Of a DNA stretch of 64,000 bases, positions 52,024-64,000 are shown piece by piece. The stretch covers positions 3,472,001-3,536,000 of the forward strand of contig NC_043009.1 in NCBI RefSeq assembly GCF_006345805.1, given 5' to 3'. Origin of the DNA: Octopus sinensis. Taxonomy: Eukaryota. A program made the translations under genes and the position numbers. Position 1 is the first letter of the stretch, and every line of letters begins with the position of its first letter. Below the pieces are notes generated by a model. The model ran no database searches. It was given only the letters and a program-made list of their open reading frames with translations, and was not told the origin of the DNA.

Positions 52024-52820
52024 GATGATGATGATGATGATGATAATAATAATAATAATCACTATTGTTAATGAAGGCGGTGAGCTAACAGAGTCGTTAA
52101 CTCGCTGGACGAAATGCTTAGCAATATTTCATCCGTCGCTATGTTCTGAGTTCAAATTCCGCCGTGGTCGATTTTGCCTTTCATCATTTCGGGGTTTATC
52201 TATTAACTACCAGTCAAAATCTTGTATCCATGTAATCGGCTAGTCCCTTGTCCAAAATTTTAGGCCATGTGTCTATAACACAAAGGATAATTGAGTATGG
52301 GGTCAATATAATCGACTTCTCCATCCCATGAAAATTCTGCCAAAAATTAAAAATAATCAATATTGTCATTAAATCGGCGAGCTGGCAGAATCGATAGCAC
52401 ATCGGTCATAATGCGTAGCCACATTTTGACAATCCTTACGCTCGGAGTTCAAATGTTTCCGACGTCGACGAAGCATTTCATCCTTTTGAGTCGATGAAAT
52501 TAGTACCAGTTGAGCACTGGAATCAATGTAATCGACTTACCCGCCCCCTAAAGTTACTGGCCTTGTGTCAAAATTTGAAACTAAGAATTATCGTTATTAT
52601 TAAGGCGACAAGCTCGCAAAATCGCTAGTGCGCAGGACGAAATGCTCCACAGATCTTTTTTCCGATTATACGTTCTGAATTCAAATTCCGCCGCGGTCGT
52701 CTTTAACTTTCATCCCTTCTGTGTGGTTAGATAATTAGATGTGAAGCACTAGTGTCGATGTAATCTCCTCGCTCCGTTCCCTCAAATTATTTCAGGTTTT
52801 GTTCCTATAGTAGAAAAGAA
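51365..52820. mobile_element. Cluster of five degenerate S2 SINEs around an (AAT/GAT)n tract
   Basis: Approximately 51365-51590 (+), 51590-51760 (-), 52074-52250 (+), 52372-52590 (+), 52602-52820 (+); microsatellite at 51762-52065. Confidence 0.75.
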
Positions 52821-52887
52821 TATTATTAGTAGTAGTTGTAGTACTGAAAAGCGGAGACTTATTAAAAAATAATCTTGTATATGAAAA

Positions 52888-53295
52888 CTAGCAATATGAC
52901 CCGGCGTTGTCTGGTCTATTGCTAGTGCTTGTAGTTCTGGGTCGCCGTAAAAAATTTCTCACTAAATCAAGAGCTAAGTTTCTTATCACATTTCAGCCCA
53001 GGCCAGTTTTGTTGTTTATGAGTTAGTTGGAGCTTTTTATGAGAGTAATTAATATTCATTGGACTTCGGCATCACCCTTATTCCCATAAATTATGGGCAT
53101 AAGGGGTCAGTTTATCGATTTTTAAATGGCTTTCTTGGGAGACTGGAGAAATGAAAAGATCTTCACGACCACCCTCAGACAGTTTTGAAAGCCCTTTACA
53201 AAATGCGAGCCTTTTACATGAAAAACTGTGGATTTGTATAAAGGACACACAGACACACAGATACACAGACATTTTGCCGTTTATAGTTATAGAGA
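52888..53295 (-). mobile_element. Non-autonomous Helitron (degenerate hairpin)
   Basis: a|TC at 53295, CTAG|t at 52888, subterminal CAACGCCGGG. Confidence 0.7.
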
Positions 53296-55479
53296 TTTTA
53301 ATGCATTAGACTCTCAAATAAACTTTAGTACTGCATTGATAATTTATCTAACCTAGAAAGAAAACAAGTAAATTATAGTTCACATGAACGTGACTTGAAC
53401 TCGGATAAAATAAAGAAGAGTCGGTTTAATAATAATCTGTACAATATTCTGCTGATGGCAGCATGTGTACGCATGTTAACCATCAAAGGGAATTTTTTAA
53501 AATGCCGCTTCAAAGGAAAGCAAAAATACTATTCTATCTTTACTAAAATGTGCTGACAATCCACACTTCCAACTTTCTTCATTTTTTTTAACAAAAAGTG
53601 GAAATTAACCTCACTTTCATCTTTACTTTTCTCAAGGTAAACGCTATTATTTATATAGGTCATGAGATAAGAAGAGAGGAAGAAAAATTTATTACGGTTC
53701 CTTCATATCATATATTTTTGTCTTGGACTTCTGTAAAATGTCCTTTTCCAAAAATTATTCTCACATTAAGAACCAAATATTTTCTGTTTTTTTTTTCGTT
53801 CTTAGTAAAATTTTAGAGTGATTCAACAAGTTTTATAATTCATAGTTGGTACTGTTATCTCCACTGGTCGTTTCCCTTTAATGATTTCATGTGTTGTACC
53901 ATTCATAATTTCGGTGTTTTCGAGGCCCCTTTGGTCTCTAACAATTTCATTTTCTAGGGGAAAAAATCATACATCATTCTGATATTGTTAAATAAATTAA
54001 ATTTTTCTATAGAAGATAGTAGATATATGAGGAACTGCACACTTTATGCGAGGGGGTAGATGGAGGGAAAGCAAATATCTTTTTGGTGTTCAAGCCAAAA
54101 AAAAAAACTTTTGGTAATACATGAATACGATTTTTTAAAAGTATCAATTTTCACATATTGTACGCATTACGGACAGATTCTTACACAATGCAGAACCGTC
54201 AACATGAAATTCAAATGAACCGTGCCTCTGAAAGATACGAGTTTCCTGCTATGTATTTTCAAATTATTTTCTAGTCAATTTCTTTCGTATTCGCATGTTT
54301 ATTATCAATGCTGCAGCGCCAATGAGAGCTGAAACAACCTCTGTCCACTCTTCTATTTCCTGTTATTTACTGGTATAAAACCATTAATAAATCTGAATAA
54401 AACGTAATTCTGAAATAAATTCGTCAATAATAAACTATCATTTACTCGTAACTAGCAATTGCATGAATGGATGTCGAAAGTTATGAATACAAATGATAAA
54501 AAAAAAAGAATTATGCAAAATAAAAACCAGCTTAGGATGCTTCAAATAGATATAAAATTTTACTCTATGATGTACGCTGAAGATTGATACCGACAATAAT
54601 GGGAAAGATGGTAACGTTTCTAAAAACAGTACAGAATACTAAATTTAAACTGAATTCAATATTTTACCCTTCATTTAAATTAAACAGAAAATAATTACTT
54701 CTAGAATGCACACCCCAGAAAGAAAAACAAAGAAATTTTCAAGATGATGGAGGTGAGTTCGAGAGAGTAAATGATACGTTGTGTGGGAGATGCAGAAATA
54801 TAAAGCATTTAGGCATAGACACAAATACGTATATATGTATATGTATGTGTGTATGTATATAGATATGTATGAGTGTGAGTGTTTGTTATATAAGACTATA
54901 TGTTTATATGGTTCAATGAATAGTAAGTTGATATATATTTTCCTGCTCTATACCACAGAGTGTGTTTCTGAATAGATGTTTCCACGTTTTGCCGTTGCTA
55001 TTTCCCCACATTGAAGCAGAGATTATAAAACAAGTTATGTCACATCTTAATCACATCGGTTCTGGAATTACACTAGTTTCCAGCAGGTTTGTGGTTAGCA
55101 AATATTACCAAAAGCCAGCCTAGTTGCATGTTTCTAGTATATATAAGGTTTATATTCTAAATATCCAGGCAAAAAATATTAAACAATTTCAGATCTTAAT
55201 ACATACATTTTTTTTCTTGTATACTGTTTCAAAAGAGGTTATAATCGTTGTTAATTTGGCCCCGTTAAAATATATACATAAGCCCAATGGTATTCGCTAA
55301 AATATCCACTCTGAATGATTTAGGGGCTTTACATTCAGAAAACTGTTATCTTAAACGTTTAGATCAAAACAGAGATGTGGCGCAGGCAAACAACTATAGC
55401 GCAAAAGTTTCCTCTGTAAATCAACGGTACAAAAATAGCGAGAGAGAACAGTACGTATAAAGAATGCCAATATCGGTTC

Positions 55480-55648
55480 CGAGGAAATGGTAAGTCAATT
55501 ACATCGACCCCAGTGCTCAACTTTTACCCTAGAATGGATGAAAGGAAAATCGACCTTACCGGAATTTGATCTCGAAACGTAAAGACTGATGAAAGGTTGC
55601 TAAGTATTCTGCCCGGAGCGGTAACGATTCTGCGAGCTCACCGTCTTA
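55480..55648 (-). mobile_element. SINE family S2, degenerate
   Basis: Divergently adjacent to the next copy. Confidence 0.75.
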
Positions 55649-55670
55649 AAGTGTGCCAATATTAAAACAG

Positions 55671-56063
55671 AAGAAGGCGGCGAGCTGACAGAAACGTTAG
55701 CACGCCGGGCTTAGCGGTATTTCGTCTGCCGCTACGTTCTGAGTTCAAATTCCGCCGAGGTCGACTTTGCCTTTCATCCTTTCGGGGTCGATAAATTAAG
55801 TACCAGTTTCACACTGGTGTCGATGTAATCGACTTAATCCGTTTGTGTGTCCTTGTTTGTCCTCTCTGTGTTCAGCTCCTTGTGGGTAGTAACGAAATAG
55901 GTATTTCGTCTGTCTTTACGTTCTTAGTTCAAATTCCGCCGAGGTCGACTTTGCCTTTTTAGCCTTTTGAGATCGAGGAAATACGTACCAGCTGAGCACT
56001 GAGGTCGATGTATTCTATTTACTCTCTTCCACGAGCTTCCTGGCCTTGTGCCAAAATTTGAAA
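55671..56063 (+). mobile_element. Composite (dimer-like) S2 SINE with 15-bp TSD
   Basis: CCAATATTAAAACAG at 55656-55670 and 56064-56078; full monomer, long tail, then a second head-less monomer. Confidence 0.82.
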
Positions 56064-56584
56064 CCAATATTAAAACAGGAAACACATACGTAACTTCACT
56101 ACGAAGATGTTTTATACATTAACGAATTTTAACAAATTGATAACAAATGCAGTATTCGAATTAATGGAAACGGCCCTTTACCTGCTGCATGAAACTCAAA
56201 AATGTTTATACAAGCTTTGCACATAACTTTCTCCTAAATATTATTTTCGGAGAAAACATCTATCTAAAGTCTACGTGTATTACTGCATGTATGGGCTAAG
56301 TAAAATTTATGCCATATCTTTATGCTTTTGCTTTCTCTAATTATTTCTGCCATCTATTAGCTGACATTTCAGTCAAAACACTACTTTCTCATGTCTACGA
56401 ATGATGACACACAAATTTATGAATACAAACACGGGGGAAAAAGTAAATAAGCTGTAACGAGAAAAACAACAACAATAACAGTTATTGTTACGATTACTGA
56501 TTTTTATTTCATTTGTTTGTTATTATTATCAGCGAAGTCGTTGTTGCGCTTTTTAAACCCCAGGATATGCCTGGCATATACTCT

Positions 56585-56791
56585 ACTACTCTTTTGCTTG
56601 TTTCAGTCATTTGATTGTGGCCATGCTGGAGCACCGCCTTTAGTAGAGCGAATCGACCCCCAGGACTTTATAAGCCTAGTACTTATTATATCGGTCTCTT
56701 TTGCCGAACGCTAAGTTACTGGGACGTAAACACACCAGCATCGTTTGTCAAGCGATGTTGGGGTGGGGACAAACGTATACACAAACATACG

Positions 56792-56839
<48 letters not shown>

Positions 56840-57005
56840 AATATATACATATATACGACAGGATTCTTTCAGTTTCTGCTTACCAAATCCACTCACAAGG
56901 CTTTGGTCGGCCCGAGGCTATAGTAGAAGACGCTTGCCCAAGGTGCTATGCGGTGGGAATGAACTCGGAACCATGCGGCTGGTAAGCAAGCTACATATTA
57001 CACAC
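56585..57005 (-). mobile_element. SINE family S1
   Basis: Matches the S1 consensus. Confidence 0.88.
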
Positions 57006-57031
57006 ACATAAATAAATAAATGCTTAGATCG

Positions 57032-57113
<82 letters not shown>

Positions 57114-57149
57114 AAAATACTTGCATAGACAGGTAATAAAATATATGTT

Positions 57150-57360
57150 TAAATACTGGTTTCAAAATTTGGAAGGAGGCCATCAATTTCATGGGAGGAG
57201 GTAAGTCGATTACATCGACCCCAGTGCTCAACTGGTACATATTTTATCGACCCAGAAAGGACGAACAGCACAGTCGGCTTCGAGGAATTTGAACTCAGGT
57301 CGTAAAGACGGACGGAAAGCCGTTAAGCGTTTTCCCCAGCCTGCTAAAGATTCTGCCTGC
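57150..57360 (-). mobile_element. SINE family S2, degenerate
   Basis: CGATTACATCGACCCCAGTGCTCAACTGGTAC...GGAATTTGAACTCAG. Confidence 0.75.
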
Positions 57361-57971
57361 TCAAAGTTTCATGTATATAATTACATTTTGCATAAAGGAG
57401 CTTATGTAACTAATTTCAGGACTTAATCGTAAATTGAAATGCGCAGACGAAAAATATATGTCGTTCCTTTTGCTGTAAAGAAATGCCTATTTCTTTTGTA
57501 ACTACAGACTGGAATGATTGAGGAGACTGCAATTTGATCACTACTTATTTGGGCTATTCAAGGCAGCCTATTGCTAGAGTGAAAGAATTGGCGACAGAGA
57601 GAGAGAGTGTGTGAGAGATAGATGGGGAGAGAGAGAAAGAGATAGAAGGAGAGAAAAAGAGGGAGCTATACTGTTTTCGATAGAACACAAAATAACACTG
57701 AACGGGCTTTGAACTCAGAGCGCAGAGAGGCGAAAAATGTAACAAAGTATTGGATTCCATGTGTTCAAGTCTTATAATTCACCGCCTTGGAGCATAACCG
57801 TTGCAGCTTTACTAGTGATAAGTGAAAGCTGCTTAAATCATTATAACTGAAAAACTCAGGTATCGGTAATGCTTGTTCTCCGTTGTAATTGCAGTGAATT
57901 GAATTTCTGTGTATGATATATATATATATCTATATAGATATATATAATATATAATAGTATATATATATATA

Positions 57972-58013
<42 letters not shown>

Positions 58014-58604
58014 TAATATATTTGATGTGAGCCTGGGGCATAAACCGAAGTCCTCAAAACGTTGAGATTAGAAATATATCTCGCAATTTGTAAGTCATTT
58101 GTTTTGAATGTAGGTAAATGCAGTCTGAACATTCCTGCTACTTAGTATGGGAAAATGCTGACGATGATATTTGGATGAGCAACAAAATGTGTGATAGAAA
58201 GTGGAAAACACTGAGAAAGTGTGGAGAATGCTGAGTTGCAAACAGGGTGACACAAATGTGTCTATATCTAATCTCTGAGAATGGTACTGAGAGTGAAAGG
58301 GAGCAAGAGAGCGCGAGAAGAAAAAGGGAGACAGACAGACCGACAGACAAATAAAGTGGAAAAAGAGAAAGTAAGTCGAGAGAAAAAGCCGCTAGTAATG
58401 GAAAGGGACTTTTGTTTACAGATTCTGAAATGAGGAAAGGTAAGGATCTCGACTAGTAGACCACTTGTGAATGGTCGCGCAAGACGTTTCATCTGATGCT
58501 AATTTATTGCAATTTAACGTATACATACGCACACACTGACACACTTACACACACAGGCACACACACACAAACACACACACACACACACATACACACACAC
58601 ACCA

Positions 58605-58642
<38 letters not shown>

Positions 58643-58740
58643 TGTATCTATGTATGTATGCTTATTTATGTGGACGCACAACACACGATCTATATGTGAT
58701 ATAAATATATATAATTTATATATGATATATATATATATAT

Positions 58741-58848
58741 GTTTCTCGAAACGTTAAAGACTTTTCACTTCCCGAGCATTATACTAGTACATCTGTTTGT
58801 TGTCGACACCACCTGTCTACGTCTTTTGTGTCCTTGTGAATTCTCCAT
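58741..58848 (+). mobile_element. PLE pLTR 3' fragment between (TA)n tracts
   Basis: CTCGAAACGTTAAAGAC...; homologous to the reverse complement of 311-422; hammerhead truncated. Confidence 0.6.
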
Positions 58849-58869
58849 ATATATATATATATATATATA

Positions 58870-58903
<34 letters not shown>

Positions 58904-59699
58904 ACTGAATACTATAGTGCTAATTTACCAAACCTTTTATTGAGTCTTGACAGGAAACTGCATGAACGGGAGATCAAAGCCAAGATCACGTGGACTCGAA
59001 TCTCACTTCCTAACCTGAGAACAATGCCTACAGTCTGTCTTTTAAATTCACACAAAACAATATTTCTCTCAGAAACTGGCAACTTAGGGTTACATCTTAG
59101 CATTTGTTACAATTTGTTGAAAATTTTGTCTTATATACATTTTTAAATTCATATATATGAGAACCGAATATTCAGTAGAAGGCTTCTACATTGTCTTAGA
59201 GTAAATTCTTGTAGATTTATGGCTCTTCAATTGTTCGGTTATTGTTTATAAACCGTCAGCATAATTATGACGTACGATGAAATTGCTTTTGCAAACCGAT
59301 TATTTCTTAATAAATTCACAGACAACAGTTGTGCAGGTACGGTTATGTAAGACGAATCGTTTATTAAATGTCACGTATCCGGTTAAAAGAATGGAAAAAT
59401 ATATTAGATATGAACGTTGGAAAGACATTTTTAATAAGCAAAAAAAAGTTTTAAAGTAACTAAGGAAAACTATTAATAATGCTGAACGTCTGGTAGACGT
59501 GTAACGAAATATACCGTGGGGCAATCAACTCATAAAAAAATAGAGGTAGGTTACGAAGAAACCTAATATGGCTACACACTGCCACAGGATTACGTGAACA
59601 TCATAATAATGAGGAGGCGGAGGGTCGGTGTGGTAGTGGTGGGAGTGTAATATTGGTGGTAGTGGTGGCCGTGACAGGTGTGATAGGGATCTTGCTGAT

Positions 59700-59844
59700 A
59701 ATCATAATAGTAATAATGATAGTAATAATAATAATATTAATAATAATAATAATATATAAGTAATAATAATAATAATAATAATACAATAATAATAATAATA
59801 ATAATAATATGATAATAATAATAAAAATGATAATAATAATAATA

Positions 59845-59894
<50 letters not shown>

Positions 59895-59925
59895 TAAGAA
59901 ATAAGAAGAAGAAGAAGAAAAGAAG

Positions 59926-59956
<31 letters not shown>
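59700..59956. repeat. (AAT)n then (GAA)n microsatellite
   Basis: Trinucleotide runs. Confidence 0.95.
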
Positions 59957-59964
59957 GGAATCCT

Positions 59965-60055
59965 CTCCATTAAACGCCAAAGGTACTTAATTTTTGACCC
60001 CGAAAGGATGAAAGGCAAAGTCAACCTCGGCGCAGTTTGAGCTCAGGACGTGAAA
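59965..60055 (-). mobile_element. SINE family S2 fragment
   Basis: GGTACTTAATTTTTGACCCCGAAAGGATGAAAGGCAAAGTCAACCTCGGCG. Confidence 0.75.
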
Positions 60056-60069
60056 GACATAATAATAAG

Positions 60070-61045
60070 AATGGTAGTGGGTAAAGATATGTAAGGTTTT
60101 AAGAGCTGGGTGACATTCTACACAGAGAAGTGATAGTCAAGGTCAGCGAAGGTCAGTATCAAAAATGGGTGAAGATGCTATTGAAATCCACCGTGAAAGC
60201 CAAAAATTTGTTTACCGCAATGAGTATCTGGGCAGTTGCGGTGGTAAGATATAGTGCGTCCATCTTCAAATGGACAAAAGAGGAATTATCAACACTGGAT
60301 AGAAGGTTGAGAAAGTTGATGACGCTGCATGGGGCGCTACACCCTAAAGCAAACGTAAACAGACTGTATATGAAAAGAAAGAATGGTGGCAGAGGACTAA
60401 TTAGTATAGACCTTGTGAAAGGAGAACGCTTGCCGAGTATTTGATAAACAGTGATGAAGACCTGTTGAAATATGCTATGAAAGATATGGGTGTAAATGCA
60501 GATGAAACGATGTGCAAGGCAGAGCTTAACCAAAGAGTTGAGAAGAGAAAAGATCTTCTTGAAATTGCTTTGTCTTGGTATAAAATATAGGCTACAGCAA
60601 ATATTCTGCTCAATACCACAGATTTGCTTGTCAGTTGTTTGACTTTAACCAGTTGAGCATGTCCATTAGTGGCTGACAATATGTGCATCACTGATCACGA
60701 GCAGGTGTAGTGGGGGAGCATCATAGCCATGTGTTGAGATGGATTCTTTGGGGTTTGAATAATTCACTTCTGGAAACATGGGTGTTTCGTTCAACATCCT
60801 TAAACAACCCTTATTCAGGGACCTTTTGAGCAAAATGAGTTACTCGACCAGAAGAAAATTCTAAGTGGGCCACGCCTGCAAGGTCATGTGCTGTTTATCT
60901 TGATATGAGATCACCATGTCATGCATACATGGTTGTAATGCATGAGTTTAGTGTACCCTTATTAGACGGGTAGTCATGATGGGTATACTGGGCTTCGTAT
61001 ATTTTACCCCAGTGTCACTTTGATGGCATGCACTGCTCTCTCACT
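60070..61045 (+). mobile_element. Dong/R4-clade non-LTR retrotransposon, truncated and internally deleted
   Basis: RT C-terminal relic followed by a 3' region ending CACTGCTCTCTCACT and (TAA)n. Confidence 0.8.
60105..60560 (+). pseudogene. Dong/R4 reverse transcriptase C-terminal relic
   Basis: LLKS...KNL..A...WAVAVVRYSA....WT.EEL..LDRR.RKLMT.HGALHPKA.V.RLY.KRK.GGRGL is a typical R4-clade motif; frameshifted afterwards. Confidence 0.88.
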
Positions 61046-61233
<188 letters not shown>

Positions 61234-62934
61234 ATGGTCTGCAAGTTCGCATTATACATTCGTGTTTTATTTATTTTTCAAAAAGATACAAATCCTTTAT
61301 TCTTTATTGTGTTTCTTGTGATATTTGTAATAAATTTCGCTTTTGAACCACGTTGCAGGAACACATATCTGTATGCATGTGGGCATGCATGCACATAGGT
61401 ATAGAAGCATGTGTATATATCTTGTAGAGTCTGTGTGTACGCATGAAATGTATTGGCATAATTTTTCTGAATTTCCCACCACTCGAGACAGACCTGCATT
61501 CTAGACAATAAACAAAATCTTTTATTGAAATTCAACAAATCGGTCACTGGTATGCATGTAGGTATATGTGTATATGCGTATGCATGCATAAATGTATGCA
61601 GGTAAATATCTATACACATTCCTTCATGTATATTTGTGTGCTGTAAGAATGTATGTATTATAATGTTTGTGTCCGAGACTTTCTCAAAGCGAATCATCCC
61701 ACGTTAACTTATACTTGAAAAAGATTGAAGCATCATTATAGCTTAAAGGAGATTGAAACATCGGCATCATTCTAATTAAAAGGAGACTGAGGCAACATTC
61801 TAACTGGCCATCGATCATAGTCCCTGGCACTAAGCAAAATAGTACGTTCATATAGTTCTGGTGGTATTAACCCTAAGTACTAAACTATATGACCAAGCAT
61901 TGGAAAGAATAACTGCTATCATTTGTGTGAAACATAAGCTATTATTAAGTACATTATTTCGGATATAAGAAAGAAAAAAAATTAAGATATTGACATTGTA
62001 TAAAGACAGTAATTCAAAGAAGAAAATTATTTTTAGGATACTACGGGAGAAGATAGTAGTGAGTATGTGACTAAGCAATCAGAAGCGCATCGTAGATGAA
62101 GTGAAAGATGATTTGCACATAAAACAGGTTATAAATCGACAAGTTTACCTGAGAAAATGTTCTGGGAAACCGACTGCGCACATGTATATATAAATATGCA
62201 TATCAAATACTTACGTATATATTTGAATATATATACACATACATTACCAGCGATATATATGTCTCTACATATAAATGCATATATATATATATATGTTTGT
62301 ATGTATATATAATGTATATCGATATATATATATATATATAGACACATATGTATACATATATATACACATGCATATACATATATATGTTCAGTATATAAAA
62401 TATATTCATATATATTTATATATATACATTCGCACATAGTTATACACGCATAAACGCACACATGCACATACATAAACACGCAAATACATGCATTATATTT
62501 CATATCATTGCAAGACAGGATATTTGTTGAATATTGTGTGTCCTATGAATGATTCATATGGAAAGAGAAATCCGTATATTTTGTAGAAATATTGAAGAAA
62601 ATACAGATGTATTCGATGATTTGCATGTCAAATATGGTTTCGGAGTTATTTCTAAGTGAAATCAATTATATAGAATATACGAAATATAGTTTTATGCGTC
62701 CAATTAGTTGGAAATCATTGGTAAGTGGATACACACACATATATATATACATACAGAAAACCGACGCCCATAGAAACACATACACACATATGCACATACA
62801 TGCATGTATATTTCCATCAAAATACTTACATCTTATTTCTCCCTCACATTCTCTCTCTTTTGCTTTGCCTATCGATCTATCAGTCAATGAACCTATCTAT
62901 GAATTTGTATGTATGTCATTACGTATATCTATAA

Positions 62935-62974
<40 letters not shown>

Positions 62975-63020
62975 ATATATGTATATAAATATATATATAT
63001 ATATGTATAAATACATACAC

Positions 63021-63051
<31 letters not shown>

Positions 63052-63763
63052 AATGTATGCATGTGTGCATGTCTGTGTGTGTGTGTATCTATATTTACAC
63101 ATACATACATATATACATACATACATACATATATAAATACATACATATGTATATATATTCCCACATTAATATTGCATTGCTGCTATCAGTGTTTCAGGAA
63201 TATTTTTTATCATGTTTTGTTTTATGTGTTTTATTGCAAAAATCTACATATTTTTAATATTTCGCAAGGAATATTTTGGATCATAAGTGGGGAAAAATCG
63301 AAAATATACGAAAATTGCATATATTGTATGGAACGAGTTGAGGCGAAATACGAACTTTTATACGGAGCGTGGGAGACACGTAGAGGTGATAAATATATAT
63401 TATTATTCAATGGAAAGACAGAAAATGGACAACAGATATACTCTATTATCTCACTTTTGTTAAAGCTTCATATATGAACCTCGTTTCAATATGTCTGGGT
63501 ATGTGGTATGTGTTTATATATTTATGTATGAATGCATGAATATATATATATATGTACTTAAATATATATGTATATATTTATATATATATACACACAGGTG
63601 CATGTCTGTATTTATAATACCTGTATCTATCATCTATCTATCTATCTATATAATATATATATATATATATAATATATATATATATATAATATATATTATA
63701 TATATAAATAATATATATATATATGTATGTATTCATTTACATATATAGTATTGATATATATAT

Positions 63764-63795
<32 letters not shown>

Positions 63796-64000
63796 TATAT
63801 ATATATTTTTATATATGTGTGTATTTATAAATATATCTATATAGTATTTATATATATATATATATATATGTAATGTATGTATGTATTTATATATATACAT
63901 ATATATATATATATTGTATGTTTTATATATTTATATATATATAGATATATTGTATGTATTTATGTATTTATATATACATATATGTATTTATGTATTTCTA

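Overview
Eukaryotic, very AT-rich, repeat-saturated non-coding DNA (intergenic or intronic). The SINE families and dense (TA)n/(CA)n/(TAA)n/(GATA)n microsatellites look like an octopod cephalopod (Octopus) genome; this is recognition, not a database result. I cannot support any intact host protein-coding gene, tRNA/rRNA gene, CRISPR array or prokaryotic system, and almost all supplied ORFs are microsatellite or SINE translations. The window contains several tRNA-derived SINE families (some with clean TSDs), four non-autonomous Helitrons (one carrying a PIF1-like helicase relic), Penelope-like element (PLE) remnants, Dong/R4 LINE remnants in (TAA)n, Tc1/mariner, piggyBac and CR1/RT relics, and several hairpin/MITE elements. 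The most notable signals are predicted self-cleaving RNAs. One is an HDV/CPEB3-like double pseudoknot exactly at the 5' end of an ORF-less ~610-bp RTE-like element (43819-44003). The others are a family of minimal, probably dimeric, PLE-type hammerheads, with one intact-looking copy (41194-41231) and two copies sharing a variant CUGUNGA core. A ~1.17-kb tandem-plus-inverted insertion inside a SINE (35221-36390) is either a template-switch/rolling-circle product or an assembly artefact. All structures were folded by eye, and boundaries of degenerate repeats are approximate.
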